From the NCBI GenBank assembly GCA_965217775.1, contig CBDCJH010000002.1, positions 4,544,001 through 4,608,000 on the forward strand: a DNA stretch of 64,000 nucleotides, read 5' to 3'. Each line of letters begins with the position of its first letter. Positions within the stretch are counted from its first letter, which is position 1. The DNA is from Acidobacteriota bacterium. GTDB lineage: Bacteria; Acidobacteriota; UBA6911; RPQK01; JAJDTT01. A model generated the notes under the pieces. It had not been told where the DNA came from. It did no database searches and saw only the letters and a list, made by a program, of their open reading frames with translations. Shown here one piece after another: positions 20,039 through 29,492 of the stretch. Position numbers and translations under genes: made by a program.

Positions 20039-20233
20039 TGTCTGGCCACCGTCGAGCACTACCGCAGCCTGGTGCCGATGGCGCAGGAACACCGCAAACC
20101 GATCTTTCAGCTAACCGTGTCCGAGGGCGCCATCGGCGGACATATGAGCGCCGTTTTGGATGCCGCCCGTGATTTCAGGCAACTGGCCCGACGTCTCCCC
20201 AAGAGGGCGAGACTCCAAAACTCCGAGGAATGA
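20039..20233 (+). repeat. diverged duplicate of the 3' end of the parA-like gene (19312-19506)
   Basis: 189 bp align without indels (offset 727); 16 substitutions by manual count, 8 of them synonymous; stop codon at the same position. Confidence 0.92.
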
Positions 20234-20242
20234 CGAGGACTC

Positions 20243-21469
20243 TCAAGAGTCGTCCTCCCCTTCGTCGTAGTCTTCGGTGAAAAAAAGCGCATCCTCCATC
20301 CAGCCGGATTCATGGAGCCGGCCCAGGCCTTGATCTTTCCGCAGTTCCCGCACGTTGGGAAGATCGGCAACTCGACGGATAATTGCATCCGAATTGTGTT
20401 CCAAACGGCACACCACGGATGTGTTTTCAAACGTTACATCGTTGATTGCGGCCAACAGCGTCGGTGCGTGAGTCGTCGTGAGCACCTGAATTCCGCCCTT
20501 CTTGGCTTGCCGTTCAATCAGATCCACCAACAGATGCAGTCTTACTGGGTGGATACCGTTGTCCAACTCCTCGAAGAAATACATCCCCTTCGAGTCTTCG
20601 CCGAGCAGCGCGGCCAACATGACGAGAAAGCGCAGAGTACCGTCCGAAGCACTGTAGGCCGAGACGCTCTTGCCACTGGCCTCGCAGAGCATGAGATGGA
20701 CGCGACCGCTCGGATCAGGCGGAAACTCGAAGCCCCGCACATCCATCGGCGTGAGTTCGCGCACCCAACTCGCCAGAATCTCCCCACGCTCGGCATCGGA
20801 ACAGATTTCCTCTAACACCGTCGGTAAATTTTCGCCCGAATCGCCTAACACGTTCGCTCCAGGAAAAGTGGGCTCGCGCATCCGATCCAGCGACGGTTCC
20901 AGAAAACGCATGCTTCCAAGGGCATTGATGACCGGTCTAGTGCGATCCCTATACCGAATCCCTACTTGTCGGCTTTCGCAAAGCTGCGTCAACGCCGGCC
21001 GATCCCGCTTGATGTTGATTCGACGACCATTGTCAAGCTCGATGTATATTTCTTCGTATGGGGTTCGGGGCTTCGTATAGACTTCTTTCTGACCCATGCG
21101 GAGGCATTCATATGTAATCCTGAACCCGGTGGTTCGAAACCGTTCGGGACTGACTTCTATGGAATAGGTAGCCTTCTCATTTCCCAACGTCAGGCCGATC
21201 TCAAGTGCGAACGCAACTCGGCCGAAGCGGATGATTTCGTTTGCGGCACCGCGGATCGGTCGCCACTCGACTCGCCCGTCCGCGCCATATTTTCCGCCGA
21301 TGATCTCCGCCAGCGTATAACCACGGCCGATACCATGGAGGAAACGGAACGCGTCCCGGATGTTGCTCTTGCCGCTGGCGTTGGCGCCTACAACCACGGT
21401 AAACGGCCCGATGCGCAGCGTTTCGTCGGCGAAGTTCTTGAAATCCAAGAGGCGAAGTGACGTGATCAC
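20243..21469 (-). CDS. ABC/AAA_21-type ATPase (defence/TA-associated family)
   Basis: FKNF, VVGANASGKSN, SASDGTLRF, FFEELDNGIHP, LTTTH; lower GC than the flanks. Confidence 0.85.
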   Translation of the reverse strand: MITSLRLLDFKNFADETLRIGPFTVVVGANASGKSNIRDAFRFLHGIGRGYTLAEIIGGKYGADGRVEWRPIRGAANEIIRFGRVAFALEIGLTLGNEKATYSIEVSPERFRTTGFRITYECLRMGQKEVYTKPRTPYEEIYIELDNGRRINIKRDRPALTQLCESRQVGIRYRDRTRPVINALGSMRFLEPSLDRMREPTFPGANVLGDSGENLPTVLEEICSDAERGEILASWVRELTPMDVRGFEFPPDPSGRVHLMLCEASGKSVSAYSASDGTLRFLVMLAALLGEDSKGMYFFEELDNGIHPVRLHLLVDLIERQAKKGGIQVLTTTHAPTLLAAINDVTFENTSVVCRLEHNSDAIIRRVADLPNVRELRKDQGLGRLHESGWMEDALFFTEDYDEGEDDS

Positions 21470-21515
21470 GCCGGTTCTCCCGATGGGACTGCCGGGATGG
21501 CGTCAGCATTAGAGT

Positions 21516-21591
21516 TGGTGGAGGTAATCGGACTCGAACCGACGACCCCCTGCTTGCAAAGCAGGTGCTCTTCCAGCTGAGCTATACCCCC
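21516..21591 (-). tRNA. tRNA-Ala(TGC)
   Basis: GGGGGTATAGCTCAGCTGG...CCTGC-TTTGCAA-GCAGG...GGTTCGAGTCC...TACCTCCACCA. Confidence 0.97.
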
Positions 21592-21754
21592 ACCCTGAGC
21601 CGAGAAACCACTGCGAAAGTCACTGGCGACGGCGTTACGTACCCGCCGTGAATTCCGCCATGGGCAACCAGTTTAACAGGGAAGAACGACTGGGCGCGTG
21701 AAAGACGCCCTTCCAATCGGCGCCTGAAAGACGCCGCTCCAGACGCCGTTCGGC

Positions 21755-23737
21755 TTATCCCGAGACGGTGCGGGGCCGGGTGAAGGGCTCCTCCAGGTAT
21801 TTCTTGGCCTCGGCCTGGGCGCCGTTGTAATCGATCTTGCTGTTGGCGGCCTTGCGGTATTCCGACTTGGCCCGCTCCCGCTGGCCCAGAATGTCGTAGA
21901 TCTTGCCCAGGTAGATGTGGATCCAGGTCTCGATCCAGGGAGGATTCAGGTTCCCGTTGAGCGACTCCCGGAAGGCGTTGGCCGAATTGGAAAAGCTGTG
22001 CTGCTGGAAGAACACCTCACCCAGCCGATAGCTGGCCATGGAGCTTCTGAGGTCCATCTCCTTGGCCTTCTCGAATTCCTGGATCGCCGCGACGAACTCC
22101 GACTTTCGCTGGTAGTCCTCGCCCAGCGCGATGTGGACCAGGACTCGCATCCGGTCCGAATCGTTCAGGATCTTCCCGTTGGGATCCACCACCACCCGTA
22201 GAGGCCGGTTCTGCATATCGAGCTTGAACGAGGTGGAGCGGCCTCCGATGACCAATTTGTCGTCCTTTGCCTCACCCTTGGTCTCGATTCGCAGGTCGGC
22301 CGGCATGCGGAAGAGGTCGATGTCCTGCTTCACCTGCCCCCGGATCTGGAAGCTCCCGTCTCTCATCTTGTAGATGTTGTAGTCGACCTTGAACTCGGGG
22401 ACTCCGACCGACTCGACCCACTGGACGAAGAACCAGCCATAGTCGTCGCCGGTCTTCCGTTGGACGAAGTCGACGAATTCGGAGAGGCCGGTTTCCTGGT
22501 CCTTCCGCTCCTGGTACCACTCTTTGAAATATCCGTTGAAATCGTCCCGCCCGATGAGCTGACCCAACATGTAGAGCACCCAGGCTCCCTTGCTGCCGAC
22601 GATGGACTCGTACTGGACAGAGCCGGGCTTGAAGGTGAGGCCCTCGGTGATAGTCGCCAGCTTCTGGTGCTTCATGGCGTCCACCGCCTCCAGCGCCAAC
22701 ACGGCACGAAAATCGTCGGCGCGGTTCATCTCCATGTAGCGGAGAGCGGCATAGGTGCAGAAGCCTTCTCGGAGAAAGACGTCCCGGTCCCCTTTCAGGC
22801 GCACCGAGTAACCCCACCAATGACGGGCCAGCCGCTTGGCCAACTCCATCACCGGCATCCGCTTGGCCTCGAGCATTCCCGATTCCAGCAATATCAGGCC
22901 GAACGACCCGGAGGTCTCCAATTCGACCTTGCCCACCGAGACCAGGTCCAGACTGGACAGCGGGCTGGGTCCGTACTCCTGGTTGTAGAATTCCAGGATT
23001 TTTTCGATCTCCTGGGCCCAGGGAGTCAAGTCGCCCTTGAAATCGTCCCTCACGTGGAAGCTGACCGGGACCGGACCCTCGTTGAAGGTCTGGCGGAGGA
23101 ATTGGGAGATCACCACGGGGATCTCGGTCAGGGGGAAGTCACTCGTCCAATTGAAGACTTCGGTGACGCCCTCGGTCCGGATCGACTCCAGGCGGCCGGG
23201 CGCTACGGCCGAGAATCCGAGGGGAACCCGGACCGATACCTTGGCCGTCGCCGAGTCCAAGGGGAGCAGGTGCTGCGGGAACCAGCGGCCTTCGGTCAGG
23301 AGCAGGGCTCCGTCGGGGGAGATCACGGCCTTCTCGGTACGGGCGACGTTCAGGAAGGCGAATTCATCGCCTTCCAGATTCCCCTCGAACCGGAAGCTGA
23401 GCGTTACCTCGGTCCCCGGATTGAGGGACTTGGGGCCCTGGACCCTCATGTTCTTCCGGTTCAGGTCGTCGAATCGGGTCGAGTACCGGTTCCCGTCCTG
23501 GTCCGTGGTCGACAGAATGCTGAGCTGGTTGTTGAAATCGAAGGGAACGCTGAGGATGTTCTCCAAGACCTTGAAGGTGACCCGGGCCGTCCCCTCCAGG
23601 AAACGCTCCTGGGGGTCCACCTCCACCTCGATGTCGTAATGGCTCACATCCAGCAGGCGCGGTCCGGCGGGAGCCGTCTGCGCCCAGGCCAGAGCATTTC
23701 CCAGAACCAGAAGAGAAATCGCAGTCAGCATTTTCAT
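21755..23737 (-). CDS. exported M1-aminopeptidase-like protein with C-terminal TPRs; HExxH degenerate
   Basis: Signal peptide, HYDIEVEVDP, EGF..YAA, KGAWVLYML, WFFVQW; KRLARHWWG replaces HExxHxWxG; C-terminal TPR pattern. Confidence 0.8.
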   Translation of the reverse strand: MKMLTAISLLVLGNALAWAQTAPAGPRLLDVSHYDIEVEVDPQERFLEGTARVTFKVLENILSVPFDFNNQLSILSTTDQDGNRYSTRFDDLNRKNMRVQGPKSLNPGTEVTLSFRFEGNLEGDEFAFLNVARTEKAVISPDGALLLTEGRWFPQHLLPLDSATAKVSVRVPLGFSAVAPGRLESIRTEGVTEVFNWTSDFPLTEIPVVISQFLRQTFNEGPVPVSFHVRDDFKGDLTPWAQEIEKILEFYNQEYGPSPLSSLDLVSVGKVELETSGSFGLILLESGMLEAKRMPVMELAKRLARHWWGYSVRLKGDRDVFLREGFCTYAALRYMEMNRADDFRAVLALEAVDAMKHQKLATITEGLTFKPGSVQYESIVGSKGAWVLYMLGQLIGRDDFNGYFKEWYQERKDQETGLSEFVDFVQRKTGDDYGWFFVQWVESVGVPEFKVDYNIYKMRDGSFQIRGQVKQDIDLFRMPADLRIETKGEAKDDKLVIGGRSTSFKLDMQNRPLRVVVDPNGKILNDSDRMRVLVHIALGEDYQRKSEFVAAIQEFEKAKEMDLRSSMASYRLGEVFFQQHSFSNSANAFRESLNGNLNPPWIETWIHIYLGKIYDILGQRERAKSEYRKAANSKIDYNGAQAEAKKYLEEPFTRPRTVSG

Positions 23738-23741
23738 GGCA

Positions 23742-24953
23742 TCACTCCTGCAGATAACGGCGGACCTGCATCGCGGCTTCACGATACGCGTTCTGCCGGC
23801 CCAGACGGCCGGCGGCCTTTCCTAATTTCTTCCTGACGCTCGCCCTCTCTCCCTCGTCAGTGAGGAGCCGTACCAGGTAGCGGCCGATGGTCCGTCCCCG
23901 GGCTTGCCACTGAATGAACTCGGGTACGATGCGTTCGCCCATGACCAGGTTGGTCAGAGAGTAGGTCCGGGTCCGGACCAGCAGACGGGCGAATATCCAT
24001 GTCGGCCACGACATCCGGTAGACCATGGCGAACGGAACGCGCAGCAACGTGGCTTCCAATGTAGAGGTCCCACTTTTGATTATGGCACAGTCGGTCCGGG
24101 GAAGGACTTGGGCCGTATCCTCCTCCCGGAACTCCAGGGGCAAGGGCTTGCCTCGCCGTCCCAGCCAGCTCCGGTAGACTCTTTTCAACTCCTCGAGCGG
24201 GACGTCCGGAGCCTTGACTACCCAGTACCGGGCCTGGCAGCGGCGGGAAGCATATCGGGCCGCGTCCAGCAACCGCGGGAAGATTCGCCGCACCTCCTGG
24301 ATCCGGCTGCCCGGCAACAAGGCCACCACCGGCTCCTCCTGGGGCCCGGAGCCGCCACCGGGCGCTACTTCTCGAAGCCGCTCCAGCGACGGATTCCCCA
24401 CGTAGCGAGCGTCGACGCCCCGGCTCCGAAAGTAATCCTGCTCGAAGGGAAAGACGGCCAGCACGAGGTCCACGTCCCTCCGAATCTGGCGGACGCGCGA
24501 AGAGCGCCAAGCCCAGACCTGGGGTGCAATGAAGTATACGACCGTCACACCCGCCTGTTTCAGACGGCGGGCCAGCCTCAGATTGAAATCGGGGAAGTCG
24601 ACCAGGATGGCAAGTCTGGTCCGGCGCAACCGGACCTCCCGGAGAAGGTTCCGGTACAGCTTCCAATAGCTGGACAGATTCCCGGCCGCCTCCCAGGGAC
24701 CGATGGCGGCGAGCTTGGAAACGTCCTCCAGCAGGTCGACACCCGCCTGGGACATTTTTCGGCTTCCGCTGCCGAACCACTGGATCCGGACCGTGGGGCA
24801 GAGCCGGTCGACTTCCCGGACCAGGGCCGCGGCATGCTGTTCGCCGGAGGTTTCTCCGGCCACCACCAAAACGGAGACTCTTGGAATCACATCCATTGGA
24901 CTGGACGGGGCGGCGGAAGTTTCACGCGGCTGAGATTTTTCGCGAGAGGTCAT
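23742..24953 (-). CDS. lpxB: lipid-A-disaccharide synthase
   Basis: VAGETSGE, LVDFPDFNLRLA, APQVWAWR, YVGNP, LLPGSR, KSGTSTLE; true start may be ATG at 24896. Confidence 0.93.
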   Translation of the reverse strand: MTSREKSQPRETSAAPSSPMDVIPRVSVLVVAGETSGEQHAAALVREVDRLCPTVRIQWFGSGSRKMSQAGVDLLEDVSKLAAIGPWEAAGNLSSYWKLYRNLLREVRLRRTRLAILVDFPDFNLRLARRLKQAGVTVVYFIAPQVWAWRSSRVRQIRRDVDLVLAVFPFEQDYFRSRGVDARYVGNPSLERLREVAPGGGSGPQEEPVVALLPGSRIQEVRRIFPRLLDAARYASRRCQARYWVVKAPDVPLEELKRVYRSWLGRRGKPLPLEFREEDTAQVLPRTDCAIIKSGTSTLEATLLRVPFAMVYRMSWPTWIFARLLVRTRTYSLTNLVMGERIVPEFIQWQARGRTIGRYLVRLLTDEGERASVRKKLGKAAGRLGRQNAYREAAMQVRRYLQE

Positions 24954-24992
24954 TTCGGCCTGCAGCGAAAGTCGGTGCCCGGTGGTCCCGGT

Positions 24993-25042
24993 CGGCGGTT
25001 GGAAACCACGGTTTCTGTCCGGCGGTTGGAAACCGCCGCTCC
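24993..25042 (-). repeat. 2 REP-like hairpins
   Basis: CGGCGGTTGGAAACC(A/G)C.. copies between mnmA and lpxB. Confidence 0.7.
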
Positions 25043-25045
25043 GTG

Positions 25046-26185
25046 CTACCGGATCCGTTCCCGAATCCAGCCTCCGCCCAGGACCCGGTCACCCTGGTAG
25101 AAGACCGTTGCCTGACCCGGGGAAACCGACATCTGAGGAGCGTCGAAGACGACACGCGCCACGCCTCGTCCGTTCTCCCCTGCCGCCGTCCCGCAGCTGA
25201 TCTCCGCGGGGGCCTCGGCATGCCGGGAACGGATCTTGACCGAGGCTCGGACCGGGCGCCGGGGCGTCCGTCCCGAGATCCAATGGACACGCTCGGCCAC
25301 CAGACCCGTGCTGAACAGCTCCTCCTTGTAACCGACGATCACGGCGTTCCTCCGCCGGTCCAGACGCCGGACGTACAGAGGCCGTGGATGCGAGATACCC
25401 AAGCCCCGCCTCTGTCCCACCGTGAATCGAAACAGTCCCCGGTGAGTCCCCACCCTCGAACCGTCCCCCATGAGCACCGGCCCGGTACGCTGCTGCTCCT
25501 GCAGGACCGGCAGAAAGCCCTGATCCACCTCTTTGGCCTGCCGGCGAATGAAATCCGTGTAATTGCCCCCGGAGACGAAACAGATTTCCTGGCTCTCCGG
25601 TTTGTCGGCCGTGATCAGCCCATGGGCGCGGGCGATGTCCCGAACCGCGGCCTTGGGATACTCGCCCACGGGAAAGAGCGTCCGGGCCAACTGATCCTGG
25701 TTGAGCTCAAACAGAAAATAGGACTGGTCTTTGTCCGTGTCCCGGGCCTTCAGGAGCAGATGGCCGTCCTCTTCATCGTGGTCCACCCGGACGTAGTGAC
25801 CGGTGGCCACCCGCTGGTAGCCGATCTGACGAGCGAAATCCATCAACCGGTCGAACTTGACGAAGGTATTGCAGAGGACGCAGGGAGACGGAGTCCTGCC
25901 CTCCAGGTACTCTCCGATAAAGGTCCGGATGACCTTTTTCCGAAAGACCTTCTCCATGTTGACGACGTAAAACGGCACCGACAACCTTTCGGCCACCCGG
26001 CGCGCGTCGTAGGTGTCGTCCAGCGAGCAGCAACGGCCGGACCGGACCGCGGTTCCCTGCGGGTCCTTGCGGTGGTCCCACAGCCGCATGGTGCAACCCA
26101 CGATGTCGTAGCCCGCATCCTTGAGCAGGACCGCGGCGGCGGAGCTGTCCACACCGCCGCTCATGGCCAGAAGGACTCGCTCCAT
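25046..26185 (-). CDS. mnmA: tRNA 2-thiouridine(34) synthase
   Basis: AMSGGVDSS, GRTPSPCVLCN, ATGHY, KDQSYFL, KPESQEICF, TVGQRRGLG, PGQA. Confidence 0.95.
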   Translation of the reverse strand: MERVLLAMSGGVDSSAAAVLLKDAGYDIVGCTMRLWDHRKDPQGTAVRSGRCCSLDDTYDARRVAERLSVPFYVVNMEKVFRKKVIRTFIGEYLEGRTPSPCVLCNTFVKFDRLMDFARQIGYQRVATGHYVRVDHDEEDGHLLLKARDTDKDQSYFLFELNQDQLARTLFPVGEYPKAAVRDIARAHGLITADKPESQEICFVSGGNYTDFIRRQAKEVDQGFLPVLQEQQRTGPVLMGDGSRVGTHRGLFRFTVGQRRGLGISHPRPLYVRRLDRRRNAVIVGYKEELFSTGLVAERVHWISGRTPRRPVRASVKIRSRHAEAPAEISCGTAAGENGRGVARVVFDAPQMSVSPGQATVFYQGDRVLGGGWIRERIR

Positions 26186-26333
26186 GTTTGCCGATCGCTC
26201 CTCTTCTTCGTTCCGATCCACGACCTGGCAGCCCGGGACAAGAACGGGCGACCGCAAGGGTCGCCCTTTTCGCTACCGTGCGCCCATTGGTTCCCGGAGC
26301 GGCCTCAATCTGGATTCTACCGGGGACAATCGG

Positions 26334-27107
26334 CTAAGACCAAAGGAACCCGCGCGATATGATCTCGATCTGCGAGTGGTTCACCGGTACCTCGTAAGGC
26401 TCGATGTCCTCGACGTGGGGCCGAAACTCGACCCGGATTCGACCGAAGCGATACCGCAGGTCGGCACGAAACGACTCGACCATCTCATGGAGATCGCGGT
26501 CCGTGCCGGCGGCGTCCGTGCTTTTCCGGACCGTGGGTTCGTCGTCCCGCAGAGGCAACCGATCCCACTCCCGAGCCAGTTCGGAAAACAAGCTCCTGAC
26601 GGTCGCCAGCCGGCGGTCCCGGTGAGTACCCACCGACTTCTCCTCGGCCACCATCTCGATCATCGCCATTTTCAGCTCGATGACCCGGCGCAGGAAGACA
26701 TCCCGCAACTCTTCCCGCTGCAGGACTCGCTCCCGGACCTCTCTCTGATGGCAACGCTGGAGAAATTCCTCCCGGCTCTCGTAGGGGCTTGAGTAGAGGT
26801 CCAACTCGATATTCTTCCAGATTCGGGGCCGATAGTTACGGATCGAGTGATGGATGATCATACTGTCGGCGAAATCGGGCCAATCCAATTCTCTCGGGGG
26901 ATCGAACTCCTCGATCTCGTCCGGATTCACCGGAGTGACCATGTCCGGCGTCCAGTTGAGATCGGCGTCGTCCAACCACTCGCCACAGAAACATTCCGAC
27001 GTGGAGGCCCGGAAATTGGATCTCACGTCCTGGACGTCCTGCCGGAGGAGGAAAAACAGTGAGGGAGTGGACACCTCACTCGCGCCAAGTCTTCGATAGT
27101 GTTTCAA
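26334..27107 (-). CDS. hypothetical protein (helical C-terminus)
   Basis: Open frame with host-like codon usage; start uncertain (TTG at 27107 chosen); no confident family. Confidence 0.6.
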   Translation of the reverse strand: MKHYRRLGASEVSTPSLFFLLRQDVQDVRSNFRASTSECFCGEWLDDADLNWTPDMVTPVNPDEIEEFDPPRELDWPDFADSMIIHHSIRNYRPRIWKNIELDLYSSPYESREEFLQRCHQREVRERVLQREELRDVFLRRVIELKMAMIEMVAEEKSVGTHRDRRLATVRSLFSELAREWDRLPLRDDEPTVRKSTDAAGTDRDLHEMVESFRADLRYRFGRIRVEFRPHVEDIEPYEVPVNHSQIEIISRGFLWS

Positions 27108-27177
27108 GATGGATGCCAGCCGCCGGAGATTATAGCACGGAGACGAATAGTGGCCTGATGCAGAGGAGTTCGGTGAC

Positions 27178-27286
27178 TGTCGGATTGACAGACACCAGAT
27201 GTCCAAACATTTTACATATCCTATCTCATTGATATCATTGGGCTTCCATCGATACGGGCTTTCGGCGACTGTCAAACCCGTTGACG
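27178..27286. promoter_or_regulatory. three TGTC-N9-(G/T)AC(A/G) boxes, putative sigma54-activator enhancer
   Basis: TGTCGGATTGACAGACA (27178), TGTCCAAACATTTTACA (27200), TGTCAAACCCGTTGACG (27270). Confidence 0.6.
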
Positions 27287-27340
27287 GCTCCGTTTTTGAT
27301 CGACCGACGTAACCTCAATAATTTCAACGGTTTCCGTAGT

Positions 27341-27356
27341 TGGCACGCGTCTTGCT
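27341..27356 (+). promoter_or_regulatory. sigma54 (-24/-12) promoter of the ECF sigma gene
   Basis: TGGCACGCGTCTTGCT matches TGGCAC-N5-TTGC(A/T); followed by AAGGAGGT RBS and ATG at 27384. Confidence 0.85.
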
Positions 27357-27383
27357 ACAGGAGTGCCTCAGAAGGAGGTGTTC

Positions 27384-27956
27384 ATGAGAGCATACGCTGC
27401 GAAACCGGCATCTTGGGAAGGACGGCTGATCTCGGGAGTCCGCAACGGGGACGAGGGAGCCTTCCAGGAACTCTTCAGGCGATTCCAGGGAAACATCTAT
27501 GGAACGGCGCTCCGAATTCTCAAGGAGGAGCAGGCTGCCTGGGACGCACTGCAGGAGACCTTCGTCAACGTTCACAGGGCCTGCCACAAGTTCCGGGGCG
27601 ACTCCAAGCTGAGCACCTGGATCAACAGAATCACCATCAACGTCTGCCTGGAGATGCTCCGGCGGAACCGGAAGCATCGCCGCAACTTGGACGGGGACGT
27701 TTCGGAATGGGTCCACTTGGAGGACGCTTCCCAGCGGACCCCCTTTGAAGAGTTCCGGCGCACGGAGATCAGGAAACGTGTCCGGGCCGGCATCTCGGCC
27801 CTCAACGAACGCCACCGCAAGGTGGTCTGGCTGCACGACCTGGAAGGCTTCACCATCCGAGAAATCGCCGAATCCCTGGAAGTCGCCGAAGGCACGATCA
27901 AGTCCCGTCTCTTCTACGGCCGCCGCCAACTGAGGCAACGCCTCGAGGCAGCCTGA
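27384..27956 (+). CDS. ECF (sigma70 group 4) sigma factor
   Basis: DALQETF, FRGDSKLSTWINRITIN, region 4 EIAESLEVAEGTIKSRLFYGR. Confidence 0.92.
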   Translation: MRAYAAKPASWEGRLISGVRNGDEGAFQELFRRFQGNIYGTALRILKEEQAAWDALQETFVNVHRACHKFRGDSKLSTWINRITINVCLEMLRRNRKHRRNLDGDVSEWVHLEDASQRTPFEEFRRTEIRKRVRAGISALNERHRKVVWLHDLEGFTIREIAESLEVAEGTIKSRLFYGRRQLRQRLEAA

Positions 27957-28076
27957 GCCTCGGCGGCAAAATTTCGCCGCGGCCTCCTCCCCCCGGCCGC
28001 GGCGACTGGAAGGGCGGCTTTCCGGTCGCCCATTCCCAGTAGGCATACGAGGGCGCCCACAAGGGGCGCCCCTACG

Positions 28077-29492
28077 TTACCTGGCGGCCCGGTACCGTTT
28101 CAGCTTCGAGATAATGGTCTGGCGGCTCACCTGGAGCGCTTCGGCGGCCCGGCTCCGGTTGTTGTCGTGGACGCGGAGGGCCTCCAGGATGAGCTCGCGT
28201 TCCAGTTGGGCCAGCCTCTGCCTCAAGGACCCCTGGGCGGGGCCCGATTCGGGTGGAAAGGAGATCCTCCCCGACAGCGCCGAAGGTGAGATGGGGCGGT
28301 CCGGCTCGGCAAGAATGACCAGCCTCTCCACCTCGTTCTCCAGTTCCCGGACATTGCCGGGCCAGGAATATCCTCGGAGCACTTCCAGAGTCCTGGGATC
28401 GAAACCACAGCCGAACTTGTTCAGCCGCCGGCAGGAACGCTCCAGAAAGAAATGGGCCAGCTCGTCCACGTCCTCCGGCCGGGCCCTGAGGGGAGGCACC
28501 ATGACGGTGAACACGTTGAGCCGGAAGAAGAGATCCTGACGAAAGCGGCCTTCGGCGACTTCCCGGCTCAGGTCCCGGTTCGTGGACGCGACCACGCGGA
28601 CGTCGATCTTCTTGGGAGCTTCGGCACCCACCGGAAAAATTTCGCTCTCCTGAAGCGCCCGGAGCAGCTTCACCTGAAGGTCCAGCGGCGCCTCTCCCAC
28701 CTCGTCCAAAAAAATCGTGCCGCCGTCGGCCAGCTCGAAGTATCCCCTCTTCTCCTCCGTCGCACCGGTGAAGGCTCCCCTTTTGTGACCGAAGAACGCG
28801 CTCTCCACCAGGTCGGCCGGGACGGCGGCGCAGTTGACCGGCACGAAGGCCTCACCCGCTCTGGGACTCCGATCATGAACGTACCGGGCCAGGAGCTCCT
28901 TTCCGGTTCCGGTCTCCCCCTGCAGAAAGACCGTGGAACTGGTGGGGGACACCCGGTCCAGCGAACGAAGCAGCGCCTTGATGGCGCGGCTGCGATAGAC
29001 GAGCCTGGGCTTGGAATCTTTCAAGAGCTGCTTTTCCTCTCGCAGCTTCAGGTTTTCCGCCTCGAGACGGCTGTTGATCCGGTGGAGCTCCCGTCCGAGA
29101 CGCTCCTGCTCCCGCTTCAACTCCCAGCGGCCCAACTCCTGTTTCACCACCTTCCGCAGAGAGCGAGGATCCCAGGGTTTGGTGATGTAACGATGGACGT
29201 GCCCCTGATTGATGGCGTCCATCAGGTCCTCCGACTCGGTGTAGCCGGTGAGGATGATCCGGACCGTTCGGGGCCGGATCCGCAGCGAACGATGCAGCAA
29301 CTCCACACCGTTCATGGCCGGCATCCGTTGATCCGTGATAATGGCCGAGACCTCCCTCCGGCGCAGCAAGTCCAGAGCCGCCCGGCCGGAGGAGGCCTCC
29401 AGCACCTCGTAATCGTTGATGAAGGTGCGGCGCAGCTTCTGAAGATTGCCCGCCTCGTCGTCGACCACCAGCAGTGAATACCTGTCATTCAT
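28077..29492 (-). CDS. sigma54-dependent response regulator (REC-AAA+-Fis HTH)
   Basis: LVVDDE, TDQRMP, GETGTGKE, GAFTGA, FLDEVGE, WPGNVRELEN, C-terminal HTH. Confidence 0.95.
   Translation of the reverse strand: MNDRYSLLVVDDEAGNLQKLRRTFINDYEVLEASSGRAALDLLRRREVSAIITDQRMPAMNGVELLHRSLRIRPRTVRIILTGYTESEDLMDAINQGHVHRYITKPWDPRSLRKVVKQELGRWELKREQERLGRELHRINSRLEAENLKLREEKQLLKDSKPRLVYRSRAIKALLRSLDRVSPTSSTVFLQGETGTGKELLARYVHDRSPRAGEAFVPVNCAAVPADLVESAFFGHKRGAFTGATEEKRGYFELADGGTIFLDEVGEAPLDLQVKLLRALQESEIFPVGAEAPKKIDVRVVASTNRDLSREVAEGRFRQDLFFRLNVFTVMVPPLRARPEDVDELAHFFLERSCRRLNKFGCGFDPRTLEVLRGYSWPGNVRELENEVERLVILAEPDRPISPSALSGRISFPPESGPAQGSLRQRLAQLERELILEALRVHDNNRSRAAEALQVSRQTIISKLKRYRAAR

Noticed and set aside
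19312-20227. parA (and pilT) tail duplicates as diversity-generating retroelement TR/VR pairs
   Set aside because: Substitutions are not adenine-specific and are largely synonymous; the only RT in the window is a group II intron protein inside intron RNA.
18000-21591. Prophage or integrative element at tRNA-Ala
   Set aside because: No integrase, phage genes or duplicated tRNA 3' end found.
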